Positions 22,001-36,630 of a DNA stretch of 64,000 nt are shown here, piece after piece. The notes under the pieces are model-generated. The model saw nothing but the letters and a program-made list of their open reading frames with translations. It was not told the DNA's origin and did not search any database. The translations under genes were made by a program, and so were the position numbers. Within the stretch, counting starts at the first letter, position 1, and every line of letters starts with the position of its first letter. This stretch comes from Ruditapes philippinarum (taxonomy: Eukaryota), in contig NW_026852659.1 in NCBI RefSeq assembly GCF_026571515.1, forward strand, positions 1 to 64,000. The letters run 5' to 3'.

Positions 22001-25000
22001 CATCTTTCAGAATTTGATTGATACTGCTCATGTATCTATTCGACATGAGAATATCCCATGAATAAGATTAAAAGTAGCTAGATTCCTACAAGAATGGTAT
22101 CCCTGTATTGTAAAACTCATCACCCAATTTGAAGTGGATTCAGTTCTAGTTTCTTTTGGTTATAATAAATCAAACGTTATTTCAAATGTCCAACTAAAAA
22201 CACAAAACAATACAAAACTTTGCCAATTATTTCATAAGGCAAACATAAGTACGATTGCTTTTCATATTTCCAGGCACCTGTAAATGCTAAAGCATCTGTG
22301 TCAACTCTTGTAAACTATTTCAAGTCGGCGGCGGAGAATCATTTTCAACTTGTCAGGATGTTTTACAGATGGATCACTTTTAACATTAGGTAAGCTTTGT
22401 TTATTGTTTATTTCAACTAACGCGAGATCTACTTAAACGATATGTACTTAATAATTTAACTCTGGAAAAGCAAGCAAAGCAAAACTCATTGCGTAACTAA
22501 CTTAAGATGGCAAGTTAGATAAAATACATTAGTAAGATTCTTTTTAAAAAATGATTTAATATGTAAGTCATCAAATAAGAAAATTATACTTATATAGTCA
22601 TTTGTATAGACATTAAAATAATCTTAAAAGCATAAAACAAATTACCTGAATACAAGATTTTACTATTTTCTCATTTATATATGTTTCGCTGTTGTTTTTA
22701 TACTTTTTATTCTTATCGTTCTCGTAGATTCAAACTTTGTTGCTTGCGTGTTACAGCTAGTATTCGCATAATACATGCATTCACGTATATAACAATGTAA
22801 GATATTTATATCGCTTATCTCTATCAAATGTAATTATCTCATTTATTAATATTTCACCTATATCTAGTTTGATTGAAAGAGAAATTTCATTGTAATTTTC
22901 TTGTTTATCAAAGATTCAAAGTGTTTGGTCCATGTATCGCAATTTAAGTTCATGCCTCTCTACACGTGTCCAAATGTTTTGATTTTTTTCTCACCGCGAA
23001 TTACAATATCAACATATTGTTTACACAATCTTAATTTCGGCATATGTTTTTGCTATCACAGTTTTGACATAGAGGGATATTTCGGAGAGAAGATGTTACA
23101 GTCTGTTGACGCTGAGGATGTCCTCCAGACCGGTTACACTATATCAGAAGGGTATGCCAACCTAATGGAGGCAATGTGCAGGTTAATTGTTTACCTCATT
23201 ACAATAAATGTAGCACTCTTTGATTCCACAGTACATTCTGTCTTTAACAGATCAGTCTTGTTAACTGGAGAGCTGGAGAGTAAAAATATCTTTTCTACCA
23301 GGTTGCTTCTCACACAAAAGGAATTCGACATAAGAACACTAGTGGTATTTTATGAAATGCGTCTTCGACTCATGTTTAATAATATATTTGATTTCCAGAA
23401 ATTATTTTATAAGGTTCAACGTTCAGCAGTTCAAATTTTGATTCAATGTCATAAGTAACCTTTATTTATCATGTAGGTTTCTGTCGTATTTGTTTTTATC
23501 AAACACTACTTACATAAAAAATGATAAAAGATAGAAAACTGGAAGATCTTGCCCGATGCAACACGATTAAAAATGTTACTGAATCGGTTTGATCGATCGA
23601 GCGCTTCATGAACGGCAGAGCTAAATGCAAGCTATCGTCCATGTCCCTTAGCACCGGCTTTGATCGGCTATGGTCACGGAACCTTTATATTTGTGCCATT
23701 TCGTGGTTCTGCTTTCTCCCTGTTGTTGTACATTGTAATTAGTTTTCAAGTTTTAATTTCAGATTTGAAGGTATCCCTGTCAAGGTAATTTACGGTGTAG
23801 TCAAAGGTTACGACCATCAGGTCGGAGATATTGTTAGCTTCACTGAAAGCAGTATCTTGCATTATTGGAACGCTGTTTACATCAACCGCAACTGGTTTTT
23901 CATTGACTGCACATGGGGAGCAGGACACATGGACAAACAACGGAAATGGCATCGTAAATTTCAGGTCGGATATTATTTAACATTGCTAATATAGATAAGC
24001 ACAACATATTAAATTTGTAAACTATCACTATAACCACATGCTTGGATAGCGCCCTTGTAGCTGAAGGGTTGTCTTTAAGGGTTGAAAAATCAGAATTGTA
24101 GCCACCCTTTCTCCCTGCATAATCAAAGGACCAAATTACTGGAGTCTATGCATCTCTCAGCTCCAGCAGATGAGGTAGCTTTGACCCTTGGTCATGCTTA
24201 AAGTTTGAAACACCCGATGTTAGCCAAAATCATTAGCCAAAATCATCTTTCCTTTCCTGTTATGTTTTCAATATGACCTAAGTTGATGCGCCGTAAATCA
24301 AACAAGACAAAAAACATTAATCAACATGAACGGATACACAAAAACACACACAAAGATAGAAAATAAACATGAATTGCATCCGTGTAAAATATGTTGTACA
24401 ATACTGATCAATGATTAATTTTTAAATCATATACGTACCTTAGAGATGACTTGGCTAATTGTTTGTTTCTATTTTTAGGAATTTTATTTCATTGTTGACC
24501 CAGATAAAATGATTGTAGACCATTTCCCGTACATGGATGGAGATTTTAGAGAAAGTGCTAGATGGCAACTGCTACCGTCACCTGTTAGTGCAAACTCCTT
24601 CAATCAAAGGTATGTACAATAGTAGTAGTTCAGCAATGAGAATGTCCTCATCCATTTGTTGAATATCAAATTGGTCCAATGCTAATTCGAAAGCATACAG
24701 GCAAAATTGTTTTTTTTTCTTTTTTTTTCTTCTTTTTATGTGACAAATAAACGACATATACTAGTATCTTTTTCTGACACTTCATGCATATAAAATCGGT
24801 CACAAAATTTTACTTGTGTATTAAATAGGTCACAATAATTCACTTATCGCCAAATCCAAAATAAACTTGATTTTTGAGGGAAATAGTATTTTGTGTGTTT
24901 GTACTTTAAACAAATAGTTGATAATTTCGAGTTTTTGACGATTTGTTGATTCACCATCATTTCAAGATATAACATAACTAAAACATCCTCGTGGACCACT

Positions 25001-26076
25001 GCTTTAAATTAATAAAGAGGCGAGTGCCTGGACAAATAATGCATTTGTTAGCCTTGTTTACCAGCAAATCACATTGACGTATGTCCATTTTCAGATTGAA
25101 AATGGAGAAGGCGGCTTTAGAATGGGAAGTCAAACCAGTGACTCATACTCAACACCATATTATTACAGTACGTAAGACCATTGTGGTACAGTTAGAGGAA
25201 GTTGCTAGCATTTTAGAAGACTACACCGTACAGTTCCAGAGGAAAGATGGAAGCAGGAACCTAGATAAGTTCTTTTTCGCCTGCAAGCTTAACGAAAGAA
25301 CGCTTAAAATCGAAATTAGACCACCTGAAGAGGTGGACTACCTTCTAAATATATTTGCACAAAAGAGTTTAGATGCTGCTGGTGAATCTGAACTTCTCGT
25401 TACTTATATCTTGAAGTGTGTTGAAGTTCTAGAAACTATTCGGCAGTTTCCGACAAATTTCCGTATATTCGGAGCCGTTCCGGATTATGCAAAATATGGC
25501 TTTTGTTCGGATATAACGAAATGTTGTGAATACACTTGCTCTTCCGGTGAGCTAATCCTTCCGCTGAAAACCAAACGTAATGTTGCAGGCATGACGAAAC
25601 TAGAACACATCACTGAAAATAAAGACCTCACGAACTATTGTCTAATAACTACAAAAGAACGCGGGATTTCGATCAAAATGCGGTTTCCGTTTGAGGGATA
25701 TTTTAAGTTTACGTTATTCGGAAAACAGGATGCCAGTAGTGGTTTTAGACCGGTTGCAACATTTCTGATAGACTGTGACCAATCTAGTCACGTGCATTCC
25801 GGATTTCCGGTTGCGTTTGAAGCTGCGCTTGAATTAAAATGTACGTTATACAAACCTCTCTGGAAAGATCTACCTTCAAACTCTACTGTTGTTATTATCA
25901 TGGGGTGTCCAAACATAGCAAGAGCCAGTGTGATGTACCAGGACCTGGTGAAGGATGAAAACGGCATTTTCGAAGGAACTGTGAATACACCTCCTGCTGG
26001 TCAGCCCTTTACTATATATGGGCAGAAAACTAGTGATGGCCCTCTTGTAGGATTGTTTCATTTCACAATATTCTAG
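19037..26076 (+). CDS. Kyphoscoliosis peptidase/hillarin-like transglutaminase-fold protein, paralogue 1 (exons 19037-19225, 20071-20163, ~20716-20961, 21456-21608, 22274-22389, 23062-23181, 23763-23964, 24479-24609, 25095-26076)
   Basis: FYRWIT, TISEGYANL, HYWNAV, IDCTWGAG, YFIVDP..MIVDHFP, WQLL motifs and KY-type Ig-like C-terminal repeats. GT-AG junctions with consistent phases. The 5' part of exon 3 is garbled. Confidence 0.88.
24050..24315 (+). mobile_element. Degenerate SINE-like insertion in intron
   Basis: tRNA-like head remnant and 3' TGACCTAAGTTGATGCGCCGTAAATCAAACAA tail resembling the SINE at 41436. Confidence 0.4.
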
Positions 26077-28596
26077 TATTATCTTTTTCAGCCAAAACAT
26101 ACATATTTGGGTATATCTTTGCTACGTTTATTACAGAGTTTGTCGATGGAGTATTTTAAAATAATTCGATTTTAGTAATTCTTTATTTATACAAATCATC
26201 ACTACAATTCTTATCATGTGATTGAATTATTTGGTTTGTACAGTAGTTTATATTACTAAAATATATTGCATGAATGTAGCAATAATTTGACGCATCTGCA
26301 TGTATATGATTAAAGAAAATAAGTAAGGAAACGTATGACACACATATACCCACAATCTTCCCACCGTGTTTACTTATTTGTTATAATAATTTGTTGAACA
26401 AATAAATTTAAAAACATATCTCGTTATCCTTTTACTGCATTAGAAAAGCGTACAGAGCTCGACAAAGGTTTTGAAAGCAACTCGTCCTGCAGGACGAGCA
26501 ACTTAAAAAATTCACTTGTTCTGCTAAAATGTGTACTCGTTCTGGAAAATGCTTTATAATTGCTAGGAAAAACTTGTATTATGTAAAAGCTTATTAAGCA
26601 ATCCTTATATATATGTAATCGCGATCATTCTAAGAGTATGGGTCCTCGGATCATATTAGTGTTCAGTGTATACAAACCTTGCTTGTGAAGGAGGCTATAA
26701 GCTAAAAATCAGCTTGTTGAACCAGCCAGTGCTGAGCGATGAATATCAAATTTCTTGCTCAAGCAAACAAGGGCTTGTCCCGCGGCATGCGATCACTAGA
26801 AATGTTAGCGTTTAACAGCTCTGGTTATTGAAATGTCATACATTACAATAACAAGACGATATATACACCTTAACTAAAATAAATGGTAGGAATGACTGCC
26901 GTGCTTTTTGGACCAGAAGGAACATTATCATTAAAGTAATTTAGTGAGTACATGAAAATTTTTATTTTCAAGCAAAATAACACTGTTCCCTATCTTCAAA
27001 ATGTATAAATGTTTCATTCCGACAGCTTCATTAAAAACACACACATATCAAAGACCACTAGTCCCAAAAAAAAAAAAAAAAAAAAAAAAACAACATTATT
27101 TCTCAAAATTTGTTATAGTTTGTAACAGTAACTAATATGCCTTTTTTCTGAAACATTTTTTGTTTCTGTACCTTTTTCGCAATTAGTACCAGTATATTTA
27201 TTGAGATTTAGTATTTTGGATTGAAATTACTACATGTAGTTTCTTTACATTTTGCTACTTTCAAGACAAAAAAAAATAATTTCACACTCAACGTTTTTTT
27301 TTTTTGCATGCGATAAGCATCTAACATACTGTTAAACCAATTATTTAAAAGTGTGCCCTTTCTAAAGACGGAAAATAAAATTTCCGAGGCAAAATGTGCC
27401 TTTAAATAGTGTGTCTGAATTTTGCCTTTTTACATAATATTAACATGGTCCAATAAGAATATACATTTATTTTGGTGATATGAAGCTTTTAAAATAACTG
27501 AAAATACTTTGAGAGATATAAAACTTAATTATACTTTATAATTACACGTTTCATATAACCACTAAAGTCTTCAGTGTTTGCAAGTACTTGTAATTGAACT
27601 TTTACATAGGTTTTATGCTAATTACTACGAGTATCACAACGCCCCATGAGTCCGTCTGCTTCAAGACAGCACACTATTTTTCACTCTGCCAAGATTTTTC
27701 ACCACGACCTTTCCTTTTAAAGCTATGCTTAATTTTATTTAAGTATAGAAATTGAGTGAGAAAATAAAGAAATTTAAGTTTACAAAAGTCACTTACAATC
27801 AATATAAATTACATAAAATCTACCAGAATATGCAAAACTACCGTTTTTTCTGTTAATAACAGATAGATAAGTTATGATAAAAACACTAACTACAGCAAAA
27901 TTTATGCAAATAATAATAAACTTTGTGAATTGAGAATATACATGTATATACAGTTGTAAACCTTTTAACTCTTTTTGTTTTTAAAGTATGATTTCTTGAA
28001 ATTTTATTCTTTGCACATCTGAAGGCGAGTATCTTTAAAACTTAACAACACCGAAAGTTGTGACGAACTTAAATTTAATTTACGTAAAACTCGATCAGAA
28101 AGAAAAATCTGGTGAAGATAATGTACGACTAAAATAGATTAATAGAGCATTACAAAATATATAAAAGATTTAAATGTAACGTAAATCGATAGATTAGATT
28201 TGCTTGGCGGTCTACAATTGATTCCTTTGTAATAGAATAATAATAAATACCCATGTATGAAAACGAAACGTCTATTTAGAAACAGGAATATGTTAGTTCA
28301 ATAATTAAACTTTTAATTTTTATCAAAACGAAATTAGTTAAAATTAGTAATATGTAAATTTATTATTTTAATTGTGCGCGAATGCAAAATGGAAAATACG
28401 TTCCTTTAAAAATCAAATTATTTAAATAATCTAAAGTTGGACTTTAAACTTTAATAATGAGAAAACATTATGAAGGTTGAATCGGGCAGACCTCATTTCT
28501 GCAAAACCTTTCCGAGGACATGTAGAATTTGGATAATCATAAATGTAAAATAATAACGCGTCTGCTCGGAGGAGTTTGCGATCTGAAAACGAGGCT

Positions 28597-31500
28597 ATGG
28601 AGGATCTAAAACCGGATCAATCCGGTCACAAGCAAGAGTATCCTTTGGCATACCGGGATAAAGATGGCACAATAAAAGTTTATGAGGAGGGCAAAGAACC
28701 GTTTGTGTGGATAAAAGATGGGTCTGAGACAACTAAAATTACTGAAGACAGGGGCAGTAACTCTCCTACAAGTTCGATGTCCAGTCAGATATCCGGTACC
28801 GGTGAAAGCTACACAGAATATAAGAAATCAAGTGGCAGTAGGGTACAGTATATTATTTTGATGTAAATGTAGGCCTATACAAAATGTAAATTATTATGAG
28901 TATGCCCCATGTTTGCAACAAAACAGTACTAGTCGCAGCAGCAGCAGCAACAGCAGCAGCAGTAGTAGTAGTAGTAGTAGTAGTAGTAGCAGTAGCAGTA
29001 GCAACAGCAAAAATATTAGTAGTATTAGTAGAAATAGTTGTAGTAAGTAGTAGTAGTAGCAAGAAGTAAAAGTAGCAACTGCAGTAGCAGGTGGTGATAA
29101 TGATTATGGTGATGATGATGACAATTATGATGACGATGATGATGACAATGATGATGATGATGATAGTATTAAAATTGAACAGTAACTGGAAATAGTTTGA
29201 TTTTGATGGGTGGTCAGCTTAAATAGATATCTTTACTTAATCTTGACAAATCCTATGTAATATTTGTACAAGACATTTATTTTTTCTTATTTCGGTTGGT
29301 TTGATTAGAACGCGTTGAACACATTACAGACGGCATTTCCTGATGAAGAGGTGGTGGTCCCGTTATCTCCCGTACCTGAGCTGGCGTTACCATGGAAACG
29401 AAGACATGATATTATGCCAGACGACATGGCTTTCCGGGAAATTGACGAGCATGCAATGAAGGTTAGGATTTTTGTCATTCAAACATTTGTGAAAACTTCG
29501 TTTAAAACCAATTTCGAGTATAGCCTGTTTGCACTTCTGCGTTAATGTCAACTTTAAAAAAGACAATATATGACTCTTTCAGAGGTGGTCCTTAAACACA
29601 GGTTATTTTATTTAAGATTTACATGCTGACCATCTTAGTTCCTTTCTTAACATTTAAGATGTCGCGTGTATGATAATTGCAGCCAACTGTAATTCATGTA
29701 CATGTACAAGTTGATTAAGCTACACTTATGTTTATTCATATAATTATCTACCATTATATCAGTTGTAATTACTAACTTAAACACAGTTATTAAATGTAGT
29801 GTTCCAAAGAGCTTAATTTCAATTGATGTACACTCGATAAGGAACTTTTGAGATGAAATACAACAAAGAAGCTATCACTAAAAACATACCGTAATATGCT
29901 TATTACATTTAAAAGTTAAATGTATTTGGTCTGTTTCCGGCAGACGACATAATTATTTTCCATGAAACAATATTTGATTACAAATACGCTCTGAATCTGT
30001 TTGGAATTCAGGGGAACTGTTTTACAGTACATCAAGTATGTTACAAAGGATACCATTTGACATTTTTGAAATTTAAACAATAAGTATACAAAATAATTTC
30101 TGTAAATCAACTCCTGATAGTAAAAGTGACTTTTCTATTTCATTTCATAAAACTAGCTTAGCACTACAAGTACAAATACTTTAAAATTCATCAAAAAACG
30201 TATATGTTACAGGCTCCTCCATTGGTCAAAGAAGATCTATCTCAGCTCGTGCAATATTTGTCATCAGTGACTCGAACAAATGTTGAACTGGTACGGGCAT
30301 TCTACGTCTGGATTACGCATAATATAAAGTAAGGTTCATAAACGGATTTGTTCGTAAGATGTTTTTCTTTCTGGTTCAATGGCATTTAATAAGTTAACCG
30401 CTTTAAATATAATAGAGTTTGTTTGTCTTTTAAGGCCCATTATGCCTAAAATGTTGTTGTTTATTTCTCAAAGTTTTTTTATTTTATTTTTCATTTGTGG
30501 CATCCTTTTATAGTTTCCAGATAGATACTCATTGGCCGATTACCTGAATCATATTTTGCTTCTATTACTTTTCGGCAATTAATACAGATTTAATATTTTG
30601 TATGGAAGTCAAATACAACGTACTTTGTTAACATTTTGTTAATTTTATGATAAATTTCACATTCAGCGCTACAAGAATTTAACCTGCTCTAAAACCATTA
30701 TTTAAACGACATAAATGTTTGCTCTTTTTAAAGAAGGAAAATGTAATCGTTTCAGATTTAATGTTACGATATCAAAGATTTTCATAGACCCCATTTACAC
30801 ATACAAGGTGACAATAAAATTTTCTCCATGTTACATTCACCAAAGATATCTTTAAAAAATGCGGAAGATTTTAGTAATGTTAAGAAATAAAATATCTAAT
30901 TTGTGTTTTTAGCTATGATACATCCGGGTACTTTGGAAGAGCCCCCATGCAGCCGACGGATGTGGAATCGGTTCTGAAAACGAGGCTTACCGTTTGTGAA
31001 GGATACTGTAAATTGTTTGAAGCATTCTGCAGGTGTGTATGCTTAAACCTAGTTCATGCGCTTTTATCAGGAGAATTAACAGAAAAAGACCATTGGTAGA
31101 ACACTGGGTAACTGTCCATCCTTAGAACACTGGGTAACTCTTCATTGGTAGAACACTGGGTAACTGTCCATCGATAGAACACTGGGTAACTCTTCATTGG
31201 TATATCACTGGGTAACTGACCGTCGGTAGAATTCTAGGTAACTGTCCGTCAGTAGAACACTTGGTAAATGTCCGTCGGAAGAACACTGGGTAACTGTCTG
31301 TCGATAGAACACTGGGTAACTGTCTATCGGTAGAACACCAAGGGACTGTCCGTAGCTATATGGCATAAATATTGATCTTAATTGAACTTAAATAAAAAAT
31401 AGTCAAACATTCAACTTATGAAATTTTAGTAAGCAGAGATCAAGCAGTGATTGTAGATATTGATCCCAAAATACACATATTGAATATTTTAAAGGGACGG

Positions 31501-33149
31501 AATAGTAATGAGCACATCAAAGTAAATCAGCAGAGTTAACCCCCTTAAATATTATTTATATCTACCGTCTACATGCTGCAGCACTATGAAAATAAGGAAG
31601 TTCTAATTATTCACCTTTGCTCAATAAATGGTTGAAATGACATTTTCATATTTCGAATATGTGTTTATCTACCTTCCAGAAAATTACTGTTCGGCTTGAA
31701 CGTCATTTATAAAGAAAGAAAAAAAAACATAATTAAAAACCTCATTATAATCTTGAATACAATATTTTAAAAGAGATTACATAACATTTCAGACAGGCAA
31801 GCATTCCCGTCAAAATTATATGTGGTTTTGCCAAGGCCTTTGGTTGTAAACCGGAAGAAGATGTCACGAAAGAAATTCACAATGCGCATGCGTGGAATTC
31901 TGTATTTCTTGAAGGTGGTTGGTTCCTTCTCGACGTCACGTGGGGTGCCGGATTTGTAAAAGCCAAGGAGAAAAAGTATGTTCCTAGGTTCAACAATGCT
32001 TATTTTCTTACCGATCCGGAAGTGTTTATAACGGACCACTTTCCGGCATCAGTCCCTGGCTACTCAAACTGCGAAAGCGGAAGAGAATGGCAACTTATTT
32101 CTTCTAAACTTTCTAAACGAGAGTTTATCAATGTAGTTAATTTCGATAAACATGGAAAAGAATGGGGAATAAAACCCGTGAGTCACATACAATCGGTTAT
32201 TCACAATGTTGAAAATGAGCTTGACATAGTTCTTAAGGCTCAGTATACGGAAATGCTGGACTTCATCGCGTTTTTGTACGAGGATGACCGGAAACTAGAT
32301 CAGTTTACATACACGTACATGTTGAGTGAGAAAAAAGTCAACATTCACATTTGTTTGCCAACGACTGGAGTTTTTGCGCTTCAAATATATGGACGACGTA
32401 AAAAAGATGGCCGCCGCTCGGATTATCAACCTATTGTGAAATATATATTGCAGTGTATAAAAGCTGATGAAGACACGGTTCCTTATCCGGCGTATCATAC
32501 GCTGTATGGTCCTGTAGAAGATTTACACAGTTATGGAATCAACGAGGTGGGAGCCACATATCAAGAATCAGAAGAAGGGGAGATAATCATTTCAGTAAAA
32601 CCTACTCGGTATGTTGATATCCTTCCAAAATTGCAATTTGGTAACCATAATGTCAACTTGAAGGAATACTGTTTCGTAGACTACTCGGATTGTTTCCAAT
32701 ATATCAATATCATTTTACGATTGCGATATGAGGGATATTATAAACTAGAATTACTCACTACGCCAAATGATTCTAAAGAATTCAGTCCATTTGTAGCTCA
32801 TCTAATAAAATGTACAAAAGCCTGCACAGACGGCATTTTCCCTACTACCAAAGAATATGCTCTAAAATTCAAATGTAGCATTCTCGAACCTTTGTCAAAA
32901 CATTTGCCGCCAAAATCAGAAGTTTTCGTCTGCGTCAAGTCGCCCATTGTGAAAGAGATGAAATTTAACGATTGTCGTCTGAAAAAAGTGGACTCTGTAA
33001 CCTTTGAAGGAACAATTAAAACACCTGCGGAAGATTGTCCACTCTCGATTGACGCATGCGCAAAGGACGGCATATATCATACTCTTTATACATACGACAC
33101 GGTTATACCCCTTGATATGATATCATTGATTCCTTCAAATTATTCATAG
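28597..33149 (+). CDS. Kyphoscoliosis peptidase/hillarin-like protein, paralogue 2 (exons 28597-28842, 29309-29461, 30213-30328, 30913-31032, 31793-33149)
   Basis: FYVWITHNI, TVCEGYCKLF, HAWNSV, LDVTWGAG, YFLTDP..FITDHFP, WQL. Intact Cys-His-Asp. The true start may lie further upstream (~28470). Confidence 0.9.
28935..29165. repeat. Compound (GCA)n/(GTA)n/(GAT)n microsatellite
   Basis: Direct observation. Confidence 0.92.
31092..31352. repeat. ~24-bp minisatellite (TAGAACACTGGGTAACTGTCCATCG-like), about 10 copies, intronic
   Basis: Direct observation. Confidence 0.92.
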
Positions 33150-33456
33150 TACATGTGTATTTCGACAATTATAGCTTAACAGCAGAAATTGTTTGCTCTT
33201 TATCATTTTAAGTGTTTTGTTGTACAATTTGTTCTTTCAATTTGGTATGTTGAATGTATCGATCAGAAGATAAAAATGCAAATCTACATTACAGCTATTG
33301 TTTTATTTCAATACAGTAAGTAATTTAGTAAAGGAAAACTCCAGCTATGACAACATAAAATTTAAAGGTAAAAAATGTGAATGTAAAGTTAAAATTTAAT
33401 TTTAAAGATATAAATGCAACAAAATAAATAAAGTTTCAATAACGTATACATCAATA

Positions 33457-34023
33457 CTAAAAATCTTCAATGTCATCAATGTACATGTCTTTTTCCTCGC
33501 GACTAAATCCTTTCTGGTTTTTATTTATCCTTGATGGTAAATTATTCCTTTTGTTTGTTTGTATTGTCGTAAATTGCTGATTTCTTGTAAATTGCGTAGA
33601 CGAAGATGCGAATCCGCGTGAGGGCGCTGGTGTTGTTGTCGTCGTCGTTGATGTCGCGTGCGAACTACTTTGCGTAGAAATTCCACTTTTTTGTCCGGTT
33701 TGCACAGTCAATGAACTTTGCGACGTTTTCTTTGTGAAAATACTGTCATTGTTCAACGACGATTCAGGTAATTTATGATTGCTGATTACATTAAGTTTAC
33801 TCTTCTCTGCAAACGGATCTTTTACGGTTATTGTCTTTAATGGGTCCTTATAGCTTTTTGAAGTTAACGGATCCGTGTATTTCGGCTTCACATGCCCGTT
33901 TATTCCACTTGTTATTGTCTTTGGTTTGTTGGACAGAGAAAACTCGTCCAAATCATCGTCAATCTCAGTTACGTTAATAATATCGTTTCTTGCCCCTTTT
34001 CCTCCGCGACGATGATGCGCCAT
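33457..34023 (-). CDS. Uncharacterised 188-aa low-complexity protein, single coding exon
   Basis: 567-bp ATG-initiated ORF (AAAATGG context) with GC/CpG content above the flanks. S/T/K-rich, acidic C-terminus YIDDIEDF. No domain recognised. Confidence 0.6.
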   Translation of the reverse strand: MAHHRRGGKGARNDIINVTEIDDDLDEFSLSNKPKTITSGINGHVKPKYTDPLTSKSYKDPLKTITVKDPFAEKSKLNVISNHKLPESSLNNDSIFTKKTSQSSLTVQTGQKSGISTQSSSHATSTTTTTTPAPSRGFASSSTQFTRNQQFTTIQTNKRNNLPSRINKNQKGFSREEKDMYIDDIEDF

Positions 34024-36467
34024 TTTACCGCTATTTAAATGATAACTACGAGTGAAGTCTCTCGCTATTCATAACATTCTTCTCTTCCAAAATCACCTAT
34101 TTTTCTTCCACTATTACAGCGGAAAATGGGATATTTGCTTAAGATGTACACTATATGATTACAGGGTTATTAAGTTTTAAAATCCAATATAAATCACATT
34201 GATGGATATATCGTGCAATATATCAGAAAAAAGTCCTTCAGTAAATTGTATGCAGGCTAAAGTTCTTTTTTCAATCCTAAAAAGATAAATAAAAAAGACA
34301 TCAGCGATCTTTTTAAAAATGACATAAAAATACCACTTGTTAATTGCAAGCTATTTTCTAAAACCTCTTTTTCATTTCATCTCTTCACAGGCTTTTATTT
34401 ACTTTGGCTTCTTATGTTACAATTCTGGAAAAGTAAAAAGTAAACACGTTCATTAAACAACGGTGCCGTTTTCAAAACACACACATTTTTAAAAATTCCT
34501 GTATTTGCGCAAGGTTAAGCGCTTGAGTGACAATATTTGTTTAAATTCATACTTAATACCTCCGTTGGCTGTATTACTTTTGAATTAAATAAAACGTTGT
34601 TAACAAGTACCTTTGAAAGGGGTAGAATTAATACTAAGAGTAAAAAAGAATTCTATTTTTCTTGGTCAAACAAATGAATGTAGCTTTTCAAATAAACACG
34701 CCTTAAAAAATATCAATCATCGATTTCAACATTTTCTGTACATAATATCAAAATCAACTCTTAAAAAACTAGAAGAAAGTCATTTGCCGTCTATATAACT
34801 TAACTTTTACACGATTATTTGACGATATAAAACTATTTTCATTCGATGTCATATAAACGTTTTTATTCAAATAAATTGGAAGTATTACACCAATGTTAAA
34901 TAATCGTTTGAATTTACAGATGAAAACATTAGGACTGCAAGATCTCGTCATAATGGGTTCGAACCCCACAAGTTAGGAAGCTAATTTGCTAACATTCTGG
35001 TTGGTATGTGATTCTGTCAAAGGTCCCTTTTTTTCTCTTTTGTGATGGATAATTGTCTTGTATTTGTCTTACAAATATTCCATCGGTTACTCGAGTCTAT
35101 TCGGATAAACCCAAAGCTCATGAGAAAAAGTAGGTCAACGACTTAGTCAATCTAAAGACGGCCGCTCCTCCAACCCCTTTTATTAACTGTTTTATTCGTT
35201 TTTTCCCATATTACAGGAATTCAGTAGCTTTTTGAAGAATGTGTAAAAAACACTGTCAAAATGTCGCTTACCTTACCTCAAAATCCAATGACCCCTTTTA
35301 TATTATTTCATCAAGTTGTCGATCTTTTTTAAGTGCATTTAATCCAAGTGAGCAACTATTAGTTATTGAAATCAATTCGCACCGAACAGCAAATACCCAT
35401 GATTATCTTCCATTCCTATCTCCCGTCACAAAAAAAGCAAATAATTTACACACGTTTCGTTTCATTTATCTATATTCCACAGTCACGATTTTTAACTCGC
35501 AAATAAACCGTTAAAAAATATTCCCGATTCGCGCTACCTTTTTTCAATCTAAGGTATCCGATATAAGGATAGATAAAACGTCACCGCTTAAGGTTGAATT
35601 GACTTTAAACCATTTATCTGCCCAATATCCTTCCAATTGATAGCAAAAAAACCTTTAAGTACCAGTTGTAGTGTATTTGGACTATTGGTAATATTAGTTA
35701 CAACCTGAATTGCTTTATAATTACATATACATATTAAACTTTTAAACTGTTTATCTTAAACGGGTTTAGATCTAGTAACCAAAGCAAGAAGTGTAAATGT
35801 AAAAGTCGAAAACTAATGATGACTCTAATCCTTGACCGACAGACATGTACAAACAACGTAACTAGTTACGCCTCGTTTGATGATTAAAAAATAAGATTAA
35901 TATTAAATACCGTGACATTATTTTATTTTTTATATCCGCCATCGTAAGATAAATAAATACTTCACACGTGTTAACGCGGAGATATAATTATCTGTCTTTT
36001 AAAATGGTGCAAAACAGTTTTTTTTCTTGAAAAATTTTCATTTTATTTAAAAATACAAAAAAAAAACAACAAAAACAACCCCCCCCCCCCCCCCAAAAAA
36101 AAAAAGACAACACCTTCTTTATAATGGTCACTCTTTTTCATATATGCAAAGTGAAATATGGTCCAGTTCTACTTAAAGCTATCAATTTAGCTATCACCCA
36201 GTCAATATAAATCACGAGATTATATGATCGCGCGATAAGTTTTACTTAAACAGGCTTCTTAAAAAATGAAGTATGATAAATTACAATAAATAATCAGAGA
36301 GCTGTTACTTTTATCTCCTTGTGCACATACTATCATTCGAAAGCAATTTATTTAACATAGTTTGCAACAACGGAATCGAATAATTCAAAGTATTTACTTC
36401 TGCCGTGAAGAAACAACCGTCATTATCACAAAATGAATTGTATAAAAAATTATGTGATTCTGAACTA

Positions 36468-36630
36468 TAACAAGAGCCCACCTCCGAGCGCTCGACTTTT
36501 TCTTATTTCTAAAGTCAAACACATTTGAGGAAGAATATTGTAGAAAGAATATTCCCAGAATGAAAAAAATATAATTCAAATATAATATTTGACCTTGACG
36601 GTCAAGGTCATTGAAAGGTCAAATCAGAGT
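36468..36630. mobile_element. HINE-like fragment
   Basis: AACAAGAGC start and TGACCTTGAC-G-GTCAAGGTCA palindrome. A similar fragment lies at about 39430-39745. Confidence 0.4.

Noticed and set aside
31092-31352. CRISPR-like repeat-spacer array
   Set aside because: Head-to-tail minisatellite without unique spacers, intronic in a eukaryotic gene, no cas genes
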